Shown here: positions 48,130-58,695 of the stretch, piece after piece
Layout: the number at the start of each line of letters is the position of its first letter
Position numbering within the stretch: the stretch's first letter is position 1
Source of the DNA: Polyangiales bacterium
Lineage (GTDB): Bacteria; Myxococcota_A; Polyangia; Polyangiales; Ga0077539
Length of the DNA: 64,000 bases
Assembly: GCA_044229975.1 (NCBI GenBank)
Contig: JBGARZ010000003.1
Coordinates: 480,001 to 544,000, forward strand
Direction of reading: 5' to 3'
Made by a program: the position numbers and the translations under genes
Notes under the pieces: model-generated
The model's input: only the letters and a program-made list of their open reading frames with translations
Told to the model about the DNA's origin: nothing
Databases searched by the model: none

Positions 48130-49543
48130 CCGCTACGGTCGCCTCTTCGCCGAGCACGTCCACCACCCGCACCACCACCGCCGCTCCGGGCTCGATGACC
48201 ACCGTCGTCGGCAGCGCCCCCTTGCCCTCGCGTCGCACGGCACAGCGCGCGCGAAACACCCGCCCGTCGTGGTCGGTGTCGACGAGCCAGTAGTCGACCC
48301 ACGACGACCAGTGCGCGACCTCGGGCAGCCCGCTCGGTGCATCCGCCGCGAAGTCCGTGAGCTCGATGGAGGTCACGCCGTCGACCGACACCCTGCGCGC
48401 GCTCGCTCGTCGCGACGTCGGTGGCACTGCCTCGCGAACATCCACAAGCGTCCACGGACCCGCGTCTGCGAGTCCCACCAATCGGCGTCGTGTGGTGGCG
48501 ATGGCCGCGTCGCCGACGTCCACCGCGACCCAGCGGCGACCGAGCTTCGCGGCGACGGCCGCCGTGGTTCCGCTGCCGCTGAAGCAGTCGAGCACGCGGT
48601 CGCCCGGTCGGGTCGCCCATCGAACGATGCGCTCCAGCAAGCCTTCGGGCTTCTGCGTGTCGTAGCCCATGTCCTCGCTCTTGGGGCGGTGACGCAGCGG
48701 GCGCACCTCCGCGTCGTCCCAGAGCGTGTCGATGGGCTGGTCCTTGTACCAACGGCCGTCGTCGCCACGCCGCAGGAAGTACTTGATGGCCACGCGACCC
48801 GTCGGCGAGTCGTGCACCCTGCCCTCTTCGCGCAGTCGCGCGATGCTCGCGTCGGTGTAGTCGCCGCGCGGCGCCGTCGTGAACCACAGCGCGCGAGTCT
48901 CGTCCCACTGCGCGCCCGACGGCTTGCCCTTCGCGTCGAGCGCCACCGGATCACTGCGCCGCGGAGCCTCGCCGCGCAGGGGCGTGGCCGGGTTGCGCGA
49001 GTAGACCAGGATGGTGTCGAGGGTGCGCCCGAGCTGCCGCGACGCCGCCTGCCGACCGAGGTTGGGCGCGCGTCGCCAGGCGATCTCGTTGCGGAAGCAC
49101 TGCGGTCCGAGGAGCTCGTCGAGCATCACGCGGAGGTAGGCGTTGGCGCGCCAGTCACAGTGCACGAAGAGGACGCCGTCGTCGGCGAGCAGGTCGCGCA
49201 GCAGCACCAGCGTGTCCGACATGAACGCGAGGTACGCATCGATGCCGTGGCCCCAGGTGTCGCGGTAGGCGGTGCGCCGCATGGTGGTGCCGTCGTCGAG
49301 GCGACGGGTGGCGTCGAAGCGGCTGCCGGTGTCGAAGGGCGGGTCGATGTAGACGGCGTGGACGGTTCCCGCGTGGGTGGGGAGCAGCGCCGCGAGGGCG
49401 CGGCAGCGGTCGCCGACGATGAGCAACGATGGGTCGTCGGTGGGGGTGCCGTGGTGCTCGCGGGGGACGAGAGCGACGGGGTCACGCGGAGGGGTGACGC
49501 GCTGGCCGTCGCGGTGTTTGCCTCGCCAGATGAGCTCGGTCAT
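48119..49543 (-). CDS. Site-specific DNA methyltransferase (N6A/N4C, beta class, Mod-like)
   Basis: YIDPPF precedes TQKPE...VLDCFSGSGTT; FRNEIAW. Confidence 0.9.
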   Translation of the reverse strand: MTELIWRGKHRDGQRVTPPRDPVALVPREHHGTPTDDPSLLIVGDRCRALAALLPTHAGTVHAVYIDPPFDTGSRFDATRRLDDGTTMRRTAYRDTWGHGIDAYLAFMSDTLVLLRDLLADDGVLFVHCDWRANAYLRVMLDELLGPQCFRNEIAWRRAPNLGRQAASRQLGRTLDTILVYSRNPATPLRGEAPRRSDPVALDAKGKPSGAQWDETRALWFTTAPRGDYTDASIARLREEGRVHDSPTGRVAIKYFLRRGDDGRWYKDQPIDTLWDDAEVRPLRHRPKSEDMGYDTQKPEGLLERIVRWATRPGDRVLDCFSGSGTTAAVAAKLGRRWVAVDVGDAAIATTRRRLVGLADAGPWTLVDVREAVPPTSRRASARRVSVDGVTSIELTDFAADAPSGLPEVAHWSSWVDYWLVDTDHDGRVFRARCAVRREGKGALPTTVVIEPGAAVVVRVVDVLGEEATVAVSG

Positions 49544-49588
49544 GGGGTGAGGTCTCCGCGAAGCTCAGTCCCACCCGTCGCCCCGCCG

Positions 49589-50467
49589 CTAGATCTTGAC
49601 CGAGAGGAAGAGCTTCGTGAGGAAGAAGTCGGCGACGAGCACGGCGATGGCCGACGCCACCACGGTGCGCGTGGTGGAGCGCCCGACGCCCTCGGTGCCG
49701 CCGCGGGTCTGCATGCCGTAGTAGCAGCCGATGATGGCGATGGTGATGCCGAAGAACGGCGACTTCCCCAGGCCCGACATGAAGTCCTGCATGTTGATGG
49801 ACTCCAGCGCGGTGCGGAAGAAGAAGCCCATCGGCGTGTCGAACTGCAACCGCGCCACCACCATCGCGCCGGTGAAGCCCACGACATCGGCGAAGATGGT
49901 GAGCACCGGCATCAGGATGAGGCAGGCCATGAGCCGCGGCACCACGAGCTTCTTCACCGGGTCGGCGCCCAGCGCGCGGATGGCGTCGACCTGCTCGGTG
50001 ACCGCCATGGAACCGATCTCGGCGGCCATGCCCGAGCCGATGCGCGACCCCACCACGAGGGCCGTGAGCGCCGGGGCGAGCTCACGGGTGATGGAGAGCC
50101 CGATGACGCGACCCACGTAGTCGGTGGCGCCGAAGCGCTCCAGGCCGAACGCGAACTGCACGGTCATCACCATGCCGACGAACATCGCCGTGAGCAGCGC
50201 GATGGTGACCGAGCGGATGCCGAGCGACTCGAGCTGGTAGATGATCTCCTTGAGCTCGAAGGGGCGGGCGAAGGTAGCGAAGACCGCGTCGCGCAGCAGG
50301 AAGCCCATGCCACCGAGGTCGTCGAGGGACTCCTTGGAGCGCTCGACGTACTTCACCCACGGGCTCACCGGCGGCAGCCGGATGGGCGGCAGCATCGAGG
50401 CACGGGCGCCGGGGATGAGCGACGGGCGCTCGGGCGCGGCGTTGGGATCGGCGGGAGGGCGGGGCAT
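49589..50467 (-). CDS. mlaE: MlaE family ABC transporter permease
   Basis: RELAPALTAL, AEIGSMAVTEQVDA, LVVPR, GGTEGVGRSTT. Confidence 0.9.
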   Translation of the reverse strand: MPRPPADPNAAPERPSLIPGARASMLPPIRLPPVSPWVKYVERSKESLDDLGGMGFLLRDAVFATFARPFELKEIIYQLESLGIRSVTIALLTAMFVGMVMTVQFAFGLERFGATDYVGRVIGLSITRELAPALTALVVGSRIGSGMAAEIGSMAVTEQVDAIRALGADPVKKLVVPRLMACLILMPVLTIFADVVGFTGAMVVARLQFDTPMGFFFRTALESINMQDFMSGLGKSPFFGITIAIIGCYYGMQTRGGTEGVGRSTTRTVVASAIAVLVADFFLTKLFLSVKI

Positions 50468-50479
50468 CGAGGAGGGGCC

Positions 50480-51007
50480 TCAGGGCTGCGGGGAGGTGCT
50501 CTGGGTGTGGAAGCCGCGCGCGAAGGCGTCAAACGCCGCGCGGCCCGCCTCGAAGCGGTCGGGCGGCGCGACGAAGCCCAGGTCGTAGACGCAGCCGTCC
50601 TTCTTCATGACCCAGAGTTCGAGCGAGCGGGGCACGCCGTCGAGGCGCGCGTTGACCACCACGTGGCGGGCCTCGCGACGGTCGAAGGGGACGGTCTCCT
50701 CCAACACCGTCTCACGCTGCGTAAACCCGATGAGCAGGTGCTGCACGAGGGCGGGCAGCGGCGTGTCCATCGAGCGATCGCAGGTGTGGTCGACGTGGAT
50801 GATGCCGTTGGTCGACGGGTCGAACCACGCGGCGTCGTTGCTCTCCACCTCGACCGCTCGCCACGACGGCGAGACGGGCCCGAAGGTGTAGCGGAGCGCA
50901 CCTGCACTCACCTCGTTGCCCTGCACCCGAACGCCCGAACCGGCACATCCGACGCCCAGCGCCGCAGCGACAACCATCCAACACTGCCTCGACACGCGGC
51001 GGACCAT
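50480..51007 (-). CDS. Hypothetical lipoprotein
   Basis: GVGC lipobox; KKDGCVYD; start uncertain. Confidence 0.7.
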   Translation of the reverse strand: MVRRVSRQCWMVVAAALGVGCAGSGVRVQGNEVSAGALRYTFGPVSPSWRAVEVESNDAAWFDPSTNGIIHVDHTCDRSMDTPLPALVQHLLIGFTQRETVLEETVPFDRREARHVVVNARLDGVPRSLELWVMKKDGCVYDLGFVAPPDRFEAGRAAFDAFARGFHTQSTSPQP

Positions 51008-51095
51008 ACGCGCCTTCCCCGGGGGAATGCCACCGCCGAGGACATGCGATTCGTTGACGCGAGAGAATGCCGCTCGCTACGATGAGGCGCGGCTC

Positions 51096-53039
51096 ATGTC
51101 GATTCCCCCACAGGGGCACCTCCCCGAGCAACTGCTCTCGGAGAACCTCATCACCCCGGACCAGTTGGAAGCGGTGCTGCACCGCGTCCGCGCCGACGGC
51201 AGTCGGATCGAGGACGTGCTCATCGAGAGCGGGGTGGTGTCCGAAGCCGACCTGCTGAAGTTCCTCGCGAAGCTCTATCGGACGCGCTTCGTGGCGACCA
51301 ACAAGCTCGCCCGCGCCGAGGTCGACCGCGGCCTGCTGGAGGTGATCCCGCGACGCCTCGCCGAGCAGATGCAGGTGTTTCCGGTGCTCTTCGACCCGGC
51401 GAGCAGCACCCTCTCGGTGGTCTCGCCCGACGCCGGCGACCCGGCCATCGTGCAGGCGGTGCAGCAGGCGTCGAGCGCCCGCGACGTGCGCGTCTACGTC
51501 GCCCGACCCGCGGCGGTGCGCGCCGCGATCCTCAAGCACTACGCCGGAGAGCTCTACGCCTTCGCCCAGGTCGATACGACCGGGCGCGAGCAGTACCTCT
51601 CCATGATCGACCTCTACGCCCAGCACTCGGTGCAGGGCCCGTCGCCCGTGACGCCCACCCCGGCGTCGCCCGCGAGCGAGCGCCGCGAGCGGGTCATCAC
51701 CGACCACGACGTCGCCCGAGCCACCGCCCCTCGCGTCCCCTCGCCCGCCGCGTCGAAGGCGTCGTTTCTGGAGCTGGCGACCGTCCTCGTGTCACTGCTG
51801 GAGAACAACCGCGGCGAGCTGCGCGGTCACTCCCCGCTCGTGTCGCGCTGGATGCGCAAGCTGGCCGAGCGCATCCGCCTCGCCCCCGAGGAGGTGCACG
51901 CCCTCGCGCTCGCCGCGCTCCTCCACGACGTCGGCAAGGCGGCGACGTATCACCTCACGGCGCTCAACGTCGCGATGTTCGACAACCACCGGGCCGCCGC
52001 GCAGAAGACCTTCCAGACGGCCATCAAGCTCTTCGAAGCCGTTCCGTTGGAGCCGACCACGGTGACGACGCTCCAGACCATGTACGAGCGCTTCGATGGG
52101 CAGGGCTTCCCCGATGGGCTCGCGGGCAAGGAGATTCCGCTCGGGGCGCGCATCCTCGCCGTGGTCGACACCTACGCCGACCTCACGCAAAACCCCAACA
52201 ACCCCTACCGCCGCCAGCTCTCGGCGCCGGAGGCGTGCGACGTCCTCGACCGCCACAAGGGATCGGTCTTCGACCGCAACCTCGTCGACCTGCTGCGCCA
52301 GGTGGTCACGGGCGACGACCTGCGCGCCAAGCTCCTGTCCGAGCGGACGGTGGTGCTCCTCGTCGACCCCGACCCCGAGGAGAGCACCGTGCTCGAGCTC
52401 CGCATGGTCGAGGAGGGCTTCGAGGTGCACCTGGCCCGCAACGTCGACGAGGCGCTGAGCGTGCTCGGGCGCGGCACCGTCGAGGCCGTCATCGCCGAGA
52501 CCGACCTCGAATCCACGTCGGGTCTCGACCTGCTCGCGAGCATGCGCGCGACGCCGACGACGTCCGGGGTTCCGTGGGTGTTTCTCACGCGCGACCAGCG
52601 GCGCGAGGCCATCGCGCGGGCCTTCGAGCTCGGCGCCAACGACTACGTGCTGAAGCCCGCTTCCCCCGAAGTGCTCATCGCGAAGGTGAAGCAGCTCCTC
52701 GCGCAGCGGCAGGCGCGCTCGCCCCGCGGCGTGTCGGGCTCGCTCGCCGAGCTAGCGCTCACCGACGTGGTGCAGGTGCTCTCGCAGGGCCGCAAGACGG
52801 GTCAGCTTCGCATCCGCAACGGCGCCGACGCGGGCGAGGTGCACTTCCTCGACGGGGCGATCGTCAACGCGCTGTGGATGGGGCTGCGCGGCGAGGATGC
52901 GTTCTACGGGATGCTGGGGCTGTCGGCGGGGGAGTTCTCGCTCGACCCGACCTTCCGCCCGCCCGCCAAGGCCATCAACAGCCCCGTCGAGGCGCTCATG
53001 CTCGAAGGCATGCGCCGCCTCGACGAAGCGCGCTCGTAG
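51096..53039 (+). CDS. MshEN/T2SSE_N + HD-GYP-like + REC + DUF4388 signalling protein
   Basis: Degenerate MshEN repeats; LHDVGK; ERFDGQGFPDGL...IPLGARI; GANDYVLKP; GSLAELALTDVVQ...KTG. Confidence 0.85.
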   Translation: MSIPPQGHLPEQLLSENLITPDQLEAVLHRVRADGSRIEDVLIESGVVSEADLLKFLAKLYRTRFVATNKLARAEVDRGLLEVIPRRLAEQMQVFPVLFDPASSTLSVVSPDAGDPAIVQAVQQASSARDVRVYVARPAAVRAAILKHYAGELYAFAQVDTTGREQYLSMIDLYAQHSVQGPSPVTPTPASPASERRERVITDHDVARATAPRVPSPAASKASFLELATVLVSLLENNRGELRGHSPLVSRWMRKLAERIRLAPEEVHALALAALLHDVGKAATYHLTALNVAMFDNHRAAAQKTFQTAIKLFEAVPLEPTTVTTLQTMYERFDGQGFPDGLAGKEIPLGARILAVVDTYADLTQNPNNPYRRQLSAPEACDVLDRHKGSVFDRNLVDLLRQVVTGDDLRAKLLSERTVVLLVDPDPEESTVLELRMVEEGFEVHLARNVDEALSVLGRGTVEAVIAETDLESTSGLDLLASMRATPTTSGVPWVFLTRDQRREAIARAFELGANDYVLKPASPEVLIAKVKQLLAQRQARSPRGVSGSLAELALTDVVQVLSQGRKTGQLRIRNGADAGEVHFLDGAIVNALWMGLRGEDAFYGMLGLSAGEFSLDPTFRPPAKAINSPVEALMLEGMRRLDEARS

Positions 53040-53043
53040 CCCG

Positions 53044-53934
53044 TCAGCGGATCTCCACCACGGACAGATGCAGCCAGGTCTCGCCGCGCGCCCGCAGGCG
53101 TAGCGCGCGTAGCGGCTGCCGCGGAAACGACGCCGACCACCGATAGAACGTCGTCGTGCGGCGCGCGAGCTCGCGCCATCGCCCGTCGCCCGAGTCGCCC
53201 TCGACCAGCAACGGAACGGCGCGTTCGAGGCAGCAGTCGCCGCGGTTGGTGATCTCGACGTAGCCCACCGTCGCCCCCGGCCGCAGGTCGAAGCGTACCC
53301 ACGGGTCGGTCTGCTTGTCCGTGTGGAAGAACGCCGGCTGCGACGTCCCCACGCTCGTCGCCCCGACCCCGCTGGTCTGGTAGCCCGTCTCGGCGCCGCT
53401 CGCATGCCACACCGCGGTCGTCGCGAGGTCGGGGCGCAGCCGCGGCGCCACGCGCCACACCCCGACCGGCAGCGCCACCGCCAGCACCGCCGCCACCGCG
53501 AGGGCCATCACCCGGCGACGACGAGGGCGCGTCACGTCGACCTGCGCGTCGAGCGCGTCGAAGCCGCGCAGCGCCAGCGAGTGCACCCGCGCGGCCTCCT
53601 CCACGAGCTGCTCCGGGGCGAGCGCCTCGCGCGCGGCGGGGCTGCGTCGGAGTGCCTCCAGCGTCGCGTCGACGTCCGCGTCCGGGACCCCGAGCGCCAG
53701 GAGGGCGTCGCGGTGAAGCGCGAGGTCGGGCGGGAGCGTCGCGCGCAGGGCCTCGGCGTCGAGCAGCAGGGCGAGCCGCGCCGACACCCACGGGGCGTCA
53801 CCGCTCGCGTCGCCATGGAGCACGCGCTGCGACAGATGGACGGCCGCGCGAGCAGCGGCGAGGCGCGCACGGTCGGCCGAGGCGGGTCGAGGCGCGGGCG
53901 CAGGGCCGAGGAGGCGAGCGATGAACGGGAACAT
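53044..53934 (-). CDS. Membrane-anchored F-type lectin (fucolectin/discoidin-fold) domain protein
   Basis: Single TM, then FHT...PWVRFDL...ITNRGDCCLER. Confidence 0.8.
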   Translation of the reverse strand: MFPFIARLLGPAPAPRPASADRARLAAARAAVHLSQRVLHGDASGDAPWVSARLALLLDAEALRATLPPDLALHRDALLALGVPDADVDATLEALRRSPAAREALAPEQLVEEAARVHSLALRGFDALDAQVDVTRPRRRRVMALAVAAVLAVALPVGVWRVAPRLRPDLATTAVWHASGAETGYQTSGVGATSVGTSQPAFFHTDKQTDPWVRFDLRPGATVGYVEITNRGDCCLERAVPLLVEGDSGDGRWRELARRTTTFYRWSASFPRQPLRALRLRARGETWLHLSVVEIR

Positions 53935-55364
53935 CAGTGACCCCAGCGCGCCCAGGTGACGAGCGACGCGACGCAGAGGGTGGCGAGCGCCAGCGCGCGG
54001 TGAGCGGCGAGGCGCGGGTGCGGAAGGGACTCCAGGCGGGCGAGCGCGGAGGCGAGGCAGACGAGCAGCGGGAGCGCGACCGCGAGCAGGTAGCTGGCCT
54101 TCACGACGGCCATCCGGTCGATGGACCAGGTCCATGCGAAGGCCATGGCGAAGAGCACCGGGAGGGCGCTCGCGGTGAGGGCCGTGACGCTGCCGTCGAG
54201 GCCGCGGCTGCGCGCCGTGCGGCGGAGGAGCCAGGCCCACGACGCCGCGATGGCGACGGTGAAGCCGACCCCGAAGCGCACCAGCGCGAGGTCGATGCGA
54301 ACGCAGCGCATCGGCATCGCCCACACCGCGGGTCCCCACACGGTCACGAGCGTCGGCCCTCCCGTGAGGCGACAGAAGCCGCGGTTGTACCAGTCGGACC
54401 AGGTTCCGCCGATGGTGGACGACCAGAAGTTGGGGCGCGGGACGTCCACGCTCGCGGCGTGCGGCGCAGCGAGCCAGTCGGTCTCCAGGGGGAGCAACCA
54501 ACCCAGCGTGCGTCGATGCGCGAGCGGCTCGCGCAGCACCGGGTGGTTCATCGTGAACTCCAGCTCCTTCACCCCGTACTGGTGCGGCAGCGGGCTCCCG
54601 AAGCGCAGCGCGTTGTCGAGGCACCACCAGCCCGCGACACCAGACCAGCCGAGCGCAAAGGCCGTCCCCGCGATGGCCACCGTCCGCAGCCCGCGTGTGT
54701 CCCTGCGCTCCAACGCGCGCCACGCCGCGAGCGCCAGCACCGCGCCCGCGACCATCACCAGCACGGCGCTCGTCGCCTTGGTGAGCACCGCGAAGCCCGC
54801 CAGGACGCCCGCGAGCAGCGACACCCACTCGACGCCCGGCGTGCGCTCGCGCAGCCGGCGCTCCATCGCGGCGATACCGAAGGCCCCGAGCGCGAAGAGC
54901 GTCGCGTGCGGCCCCTCCGGGTTGACCTTGCCGTCCATCAGCACGCTCATCGGAATGACCGCGTGGAGCCCGAGCACCACCGCCGTCGAGCGGGGCGAGC
55001 GCGGCAGGTCGCGCGCGCACCAACGCCACAGGATGATCTGCCGGATGACCCACCCGGCGACCGAGAGGCCCGCGATGGTGCGCTCGGCGGGCCAGTGCGA
55101 CAGCACCGCGGCGCTCATCACGTACCAGAGCGGGGGATAGAACCCGACCTGGATCTCGAGCGAAGCGTCGAAGGTGCGGCGGTGTTGGAGCACCCAGCGC
55201 ACGCCGCGCACGTAGGCGTCGTAGTCGCTCCCGCGCACCGGGCCGTCGAAGGTGCGCGCGAGGTGGAAGCGCAGCGCGAAGCCCAGCACCGTGAGCACGA
55301 ACGCGAGCAGCCACCAGACGGTGACGCGCGAGCGCAGAGCGGCGAAGACCCCCGGGAGATTCAT
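53934..55364 (-). CDS. GT-C type (PMT/ArnT-like) polytopic glycosyltransferase
   Basis: Multiple TMs; SDYDAY after TM1; FYPPLWY; AVLTKAT. Confidence 0.7.
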   Translation of the reverse strand: MNLPGVFAALRSRVTVWWLLAFVLTVLGFALRFHLARTFDGPVRGSDYDAYVRGVRWVLQHRRTFDASLEIQVGFYPPLWYVMSAAVLSHWPAERTIAGLSVAGWVIRQIILWRWCARDLPRSPRSTAVVLGLHAVIPMSVLMDGKVNPEGPHATLFALGAFGIAAMERRLRERTPGVEWVSLLAGVLAGFAVLTKATSAVLVMVAGAVLALAAWRALERRDTRGLRTVAIAGTAFALGWSGVAGWWCLDNALRFGSPLPHQYGVKELEFTMNHPVLREPLAHRRTLGWLLPLETDWLAAPHAASVDVPRPNFWSSTIGGTWSDWYNRGFCRLTGGPTLVTVWGPAVWAMPMRCVRIDLALVRFGVGFTVAIAASWAWLLRRTARSRGLDGSVTALTASALPVLFAMAFAWTWSIDRMAVVKASYLLAVALPLLVCLASALARLESLPHPRLAAHRALALATLCVASLVTWARWGH

Positions 55365-55511
55365 GCGACGACTGCCATGGCCTCAGGCGACGAGAAGGAA
55401 GCCGGGACCATACCGCCACCCGCGCGCCCGTGACCACCATTGCAAGAGCGCTGGTAGGCGGCGCGAGGGTGCGGTAGCAGGACGGCGCCCTTTCTGGAGG
55501 AGACCTACGCC

Positions 55512-57524
55512 GTGACCACACCCATCGCCCCCGCCGCCGCCGAAGACGTCACCGCCCTCGCGGTGAACACGATGAAGTTCCTGGCCATCGACGCCATCGA
55601 GGCGGCCAGGAGCGGCCACCCGGGGCTCCCGATGGGCGCCGCCGACGTCACCTATGTGCTTTGGTCGCGCTACCTCCGTCACGACCCGACGGACCCGCAC
55701 TGGCGCGACCGCGACCGCTTCATCCTGTCGCCCGGCCACGGCTCGATGCTGCTCTACGGGCTGCTCCACCTCTCCGGCTACGACCTGCCCCTCGCCGAGC
55801 TCAAGAACTTCCGCCAGTGGGACTCCAAGACCCCCGGCCACCCCGAAGTTCACCTCACGCCGGGCGTCGAGGTCACCACCGGCCCGCTCGGTCAGGGCTT
55901 CGCCAACGGCATCGGCATGGCCATGGCCGCGAAGATGGCCCAGGCCCGCCTGCCCGGCCTCTTCAACCACCACATCTGGGCGCTCGTCTCCGACGGCGAC
56001 GTGATGGAAGGCGTCGCCTACGAGGCCGCCTCCATCGCGGGCCACCTCAAGCTGGGCAACCTCACGTACATCTACGACGCCAACAACATCACGCTCGACG
56101 GCAAGCTCGACGAGGCCTTCGACGAGGACGTCGCGAAGCGCTTCGAGGCCATCGGCTGGCGCACCGAGACCATCGACGGCCACGACCACGCGCAGATCGC
56201 CGCGGCCTACGACCGCGCCCTCGCGCAAGGCGAGAAGCCCACGCTCATCATCGCGCGCACGCACATCGGGCACGGGGCGCCCAACAAGCACGACACCCAC
56301 AAGGTTCATGGCGAGCCGCTGGGCAAGGACGAGGCGCTCGCCACCCGCAAGGCCCTCGGCTGGCCCGAGGAGACCTTCGTGGTGCCCGCGGCCGTGCGCG
56401 CCCACTTCGCCGAGCGCGCGAAGGTGATGGCGGGCGTTCATGCCGACTGGAAGAAGCACGAGGCGAAGTGGCTCGCGGACAACGCCGACCGCGCCGACCT
56501 CTACCGCTCGCTCGCCGACCTCGCGGCGCCGGCCGACCTGCTGGAGACGCTGCTCGCGAAGATGCCGCCGACCAACGACGCCACGCGCGCCATCGCGGGC
56601 GCCATCGAACAGACGGTCGCGTCGCTGATGCCCTCGCTGGTGGGCGGTGACGCCGACCTCGGCGGGTCGACCAAGACCCCCATCAAGGACTCGCCCAAGG
56701 TCGAGGCCGGGAAGTTCGAGGGGCGCAACCTCCGCTTCGGCATCCGCGAGCACGCGATGGGATCCATCGCCAACGGCATCGCGCTCTACGGGATGTTCGT
56801 TCCGTTCACGGCGACCTTCCTCACCTTCTCGGACTACATGCGGCCGCCCATCCGCCTCGCGGGGCTCAGCCACATCCCGGCGGTGCACGTGTTCACGCAC
56901 GACTCGGTCTTCCTCGGCGAGGACGGCCCGACGCACCAGTCGGTCGAGCACGTGAGCGCGCTGCGGCTCATCCCCAACGTCGACGTGTGGCGCCCGGCCG
57001 ACAACGCCGAGTGCGCCGCGGCGTGGGCGGCGGCGGCGACGCGTCGCAACGGGCCGACGGAGCTCATCCTGTCGCGGCAGAAGGTCGACGTGCTGCCGGG
57101 TGACGCGGCGGCTCGCGGTCGGCTCGCGGCGCGCGGGGCCTACGTGCTCGTGCGCGAAGAGGGTGGCGACGCGCAGCTCACGATCATCTCGACGGGCAGC
57201 GAGGTGTCCGTGGCCGTCGAGGCCGCGCGACGCATCGCGAAGGAAGACGGGCTGCGCGTGCGCGTGGTGTCGGCGCCGTGTCTGGAGGTGTTCAATCGCC
57301 AGGACGCGGCGTACCGCGCGGAGGTGCTCCCGACGACGGGGCGACGCGCGAGCTTCGAGGCGGGCCGCACCGACCTCTGGTGGCGCTACGTCGGCCTCGA
57401 CGGACTCACGCTCGGCGTCGATACGTTTGGCGCGTCGGCCCCGGGGCCCGTGCTCGGCGACAAGTACGGCCTCACCGCCGACCACGTCACGGCCAACCTC
57501 CGCGCCTGGCTCAAGCAGGGCTGA
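55512..57524 (+). CDS. tkt: Transketolase
   Basis: [43 protein letters not shown]...GEDGPTHQ. Confidence 0.97.
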   Translation: MTTPIAPAAAEDVTALAVNTMKFLAIDAIEAARSGHPGLPMGAADVTYVLWSRYLRHDPTDPHWRDRDRFILSPGHGSMLLYGLLHLSGYDLPLAELKNFRQWDSKTPGHPEVHLTPGVEVTTGPLGQGFANGIGMAMAAKMAQARLPGLFNHHIWALVSDGDVMEGVAYEAASIAGHLKLGNLTYIYDANNITLDGKLDEAFDEDVAKRFEAIGWRTETIDGHDHAQIAAAYDRALAQGEKPTLIIARTHIGHGAPNKHDTHKVHGEPLGKDEALATRKALGWPEETFVVPAAVRAHFAERAKVMAGVHADWKKHEAKWLADNADRADLYRSLADLAAPADLLETLLAKMPPTNDATRAIAGAIEQTVASLMPSLVGGDADLGGSTKTPIKDSPKVEAGKFEGRNLRFGIREHAMGSIANGIALYGMFVPFTATFLTFSDYMRPPIRLAGLSHIPAVHVFTHDSVFLGEDGPTHQSVEHVSALRLIPNVDVWRPADNAECAAAWAAAATRRNGPTELILSRQKVDVLPGDAAARGRLAARGAYVLVREEGGDAQLTIISTGSEVSVAVEAARRIAKEDGLRVRVVSAPCLEVFNRQDAAYRAEVLPTTGRRASFEAGRTDLWWRYVGLDGLTLGVDTFGASAPGPVLGDKYGLTADHVTANLRAWLKQG

Positions 57525-57543
57525 CACACCTACCGGGCGCCTG

Positions 57544-58686
57544 ATGAAGTCGCCCGTCCGCCTCGCGCTCGTTCTCGCCGCGGTTCAGTGCTTCGCCGCG
57601 GTGGCGTGGACGCTCTACGCCGCCGTCCTCCCTCCCCTCCTCGCGTCGGCGGGTCTACCCCCGTCGGCGCGCCCCTGGATCCTCCTCGCGGACGTTGTCG
57701 TCTTCGGGCTCTGCGATCTGGCAGCGGGCGCGTGGCTCGACCGCGCGGACGGGACGCTGAAGCGCATCGGCGGGGCGGTGCTCGCGGCCATGTCGATCGC
57801 GACGCTGGCGTTCGTGGCGCTGCCGCACGTGGCGCGCGGTGCGTCGATGGCGCCGGTGTTGCTCGCGGCGATCGGCGTGTGGGTCGTGGCTTCGGGTGCG
57901 TTGCGGGCACCGCTGCCGCGGCTACTCGCGCGCTATGTGTCGCTGCACGAGAGGCCGTGGCTGGGGGCCTTTCTCGCGGTGGGGTCGGGCCTCGCGGGGC
58001 TGCTGCTTCCGAAGACGCTCGACGTGCTGCAACGGCTGGGTGCGATGGCGACGCTCGCGCTGTCGGGCGCGACGCTCTGGCTGCTTGTGGTGGTGCTCGT
58101 GGTGGTAGAGCGCGGCGCGGGTGCGCCCGCGGCGACGGTCCCGGCGAGCGGCGTAGAGGCGCCTGAGGACTGCGGGTGGGTCGTGGCGGCGACGGCGCTC
58201 ACGGCGCTCGGGTCACAGCTCGTCACGATGGTGGCGATGCCCACGCTGCTGCGTCGCTTCGTGACGGAGACGGAGGCGCTCGACGGGCCGGCGGTGTTCG
58301 GCGCGGGGATGGCGTTGGCGGTGGTTCCGGCGCTGGCGGTGCGGTGGGTGGGGAGCGCGTGGGTGCTGCGGGTCGCGTCGGTCGTGGGCGTGGCGGGAGC
58401 GCTGGGCGTAGGGCTCGCGGGGTCGCTGGGCGCGCTGGTGGCGGCGATCGCGGCGTCAGGGCTCGCGTGGGGACTGACGCTGACGGCTTCGCTCACCGCG
58501 CTGACCGAGCGGGCGCCGAGCGGGCGGGTGTCGCGATGGATGGGCGCGTGGTTCGCGGCGCAGGCGGCGGCGGGGGTCGCGCGGATGGTGGTGGGGGACG
58601 TCGCGCCGAAGGTGGCGTGCCTTGCGGCGCTGGGGCTCTGGTCGGCAGCGGTGGTGTTGTGGCCGCCCACGCGGCGAGCGTCGTAG
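57544..58686 (+). CDS. MFS-like membrane protein
   Basis: About 12 hydrophobic segments; GAWLDR motif. Confidence 0.65.
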   Translation: MKSPVRLALVLAAVQCFAAVAWTLYAAVLPPLLASAGLPPSARPWILLADVVVFGLCDLAAGAWLDRADGTLKRIGGAVLAAMSIATLAFVALPHVARGASMAPVLLAAIGVWVVASGALRAPLPRLLARYVSLHERPWLGAFLAVGSGLAGLLLPKTLDVLQRLGAMATLALSGATLWLLVVVLVVVERGAGAPAATVPASGVEAPEDCGWVVAATALTALGSQLVTMVAMPTLLRRFVTETEALDGPAVFGAGMALAVVPALAVRWVGSAWVLRVASVVGVAGALGVGLAGSLGALVAAIAASGLAWGLTLTASLTALTERAPSGRVSRWMGAWFAAQAAAGVARMVVGDVAPKVACLAALGLWSAAVVLWPPTRRAS

Positions 58687-58695
58687 GACGGAAGG

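Noticed and set aside
48056..51085. 1009-aa plus-strand ORF
   Set aside because: Antisense shadow of the MTase, mlaE and lipoprotein genes; no motifs; expected at this GC content.
53935..55521. N-terminal ~530 aa of the 825-aa ORF 53044..55521
   Set aside because: Arg-rich off-frame overlap of the glycosyltransferase; the real gene starts at ATG 53934.
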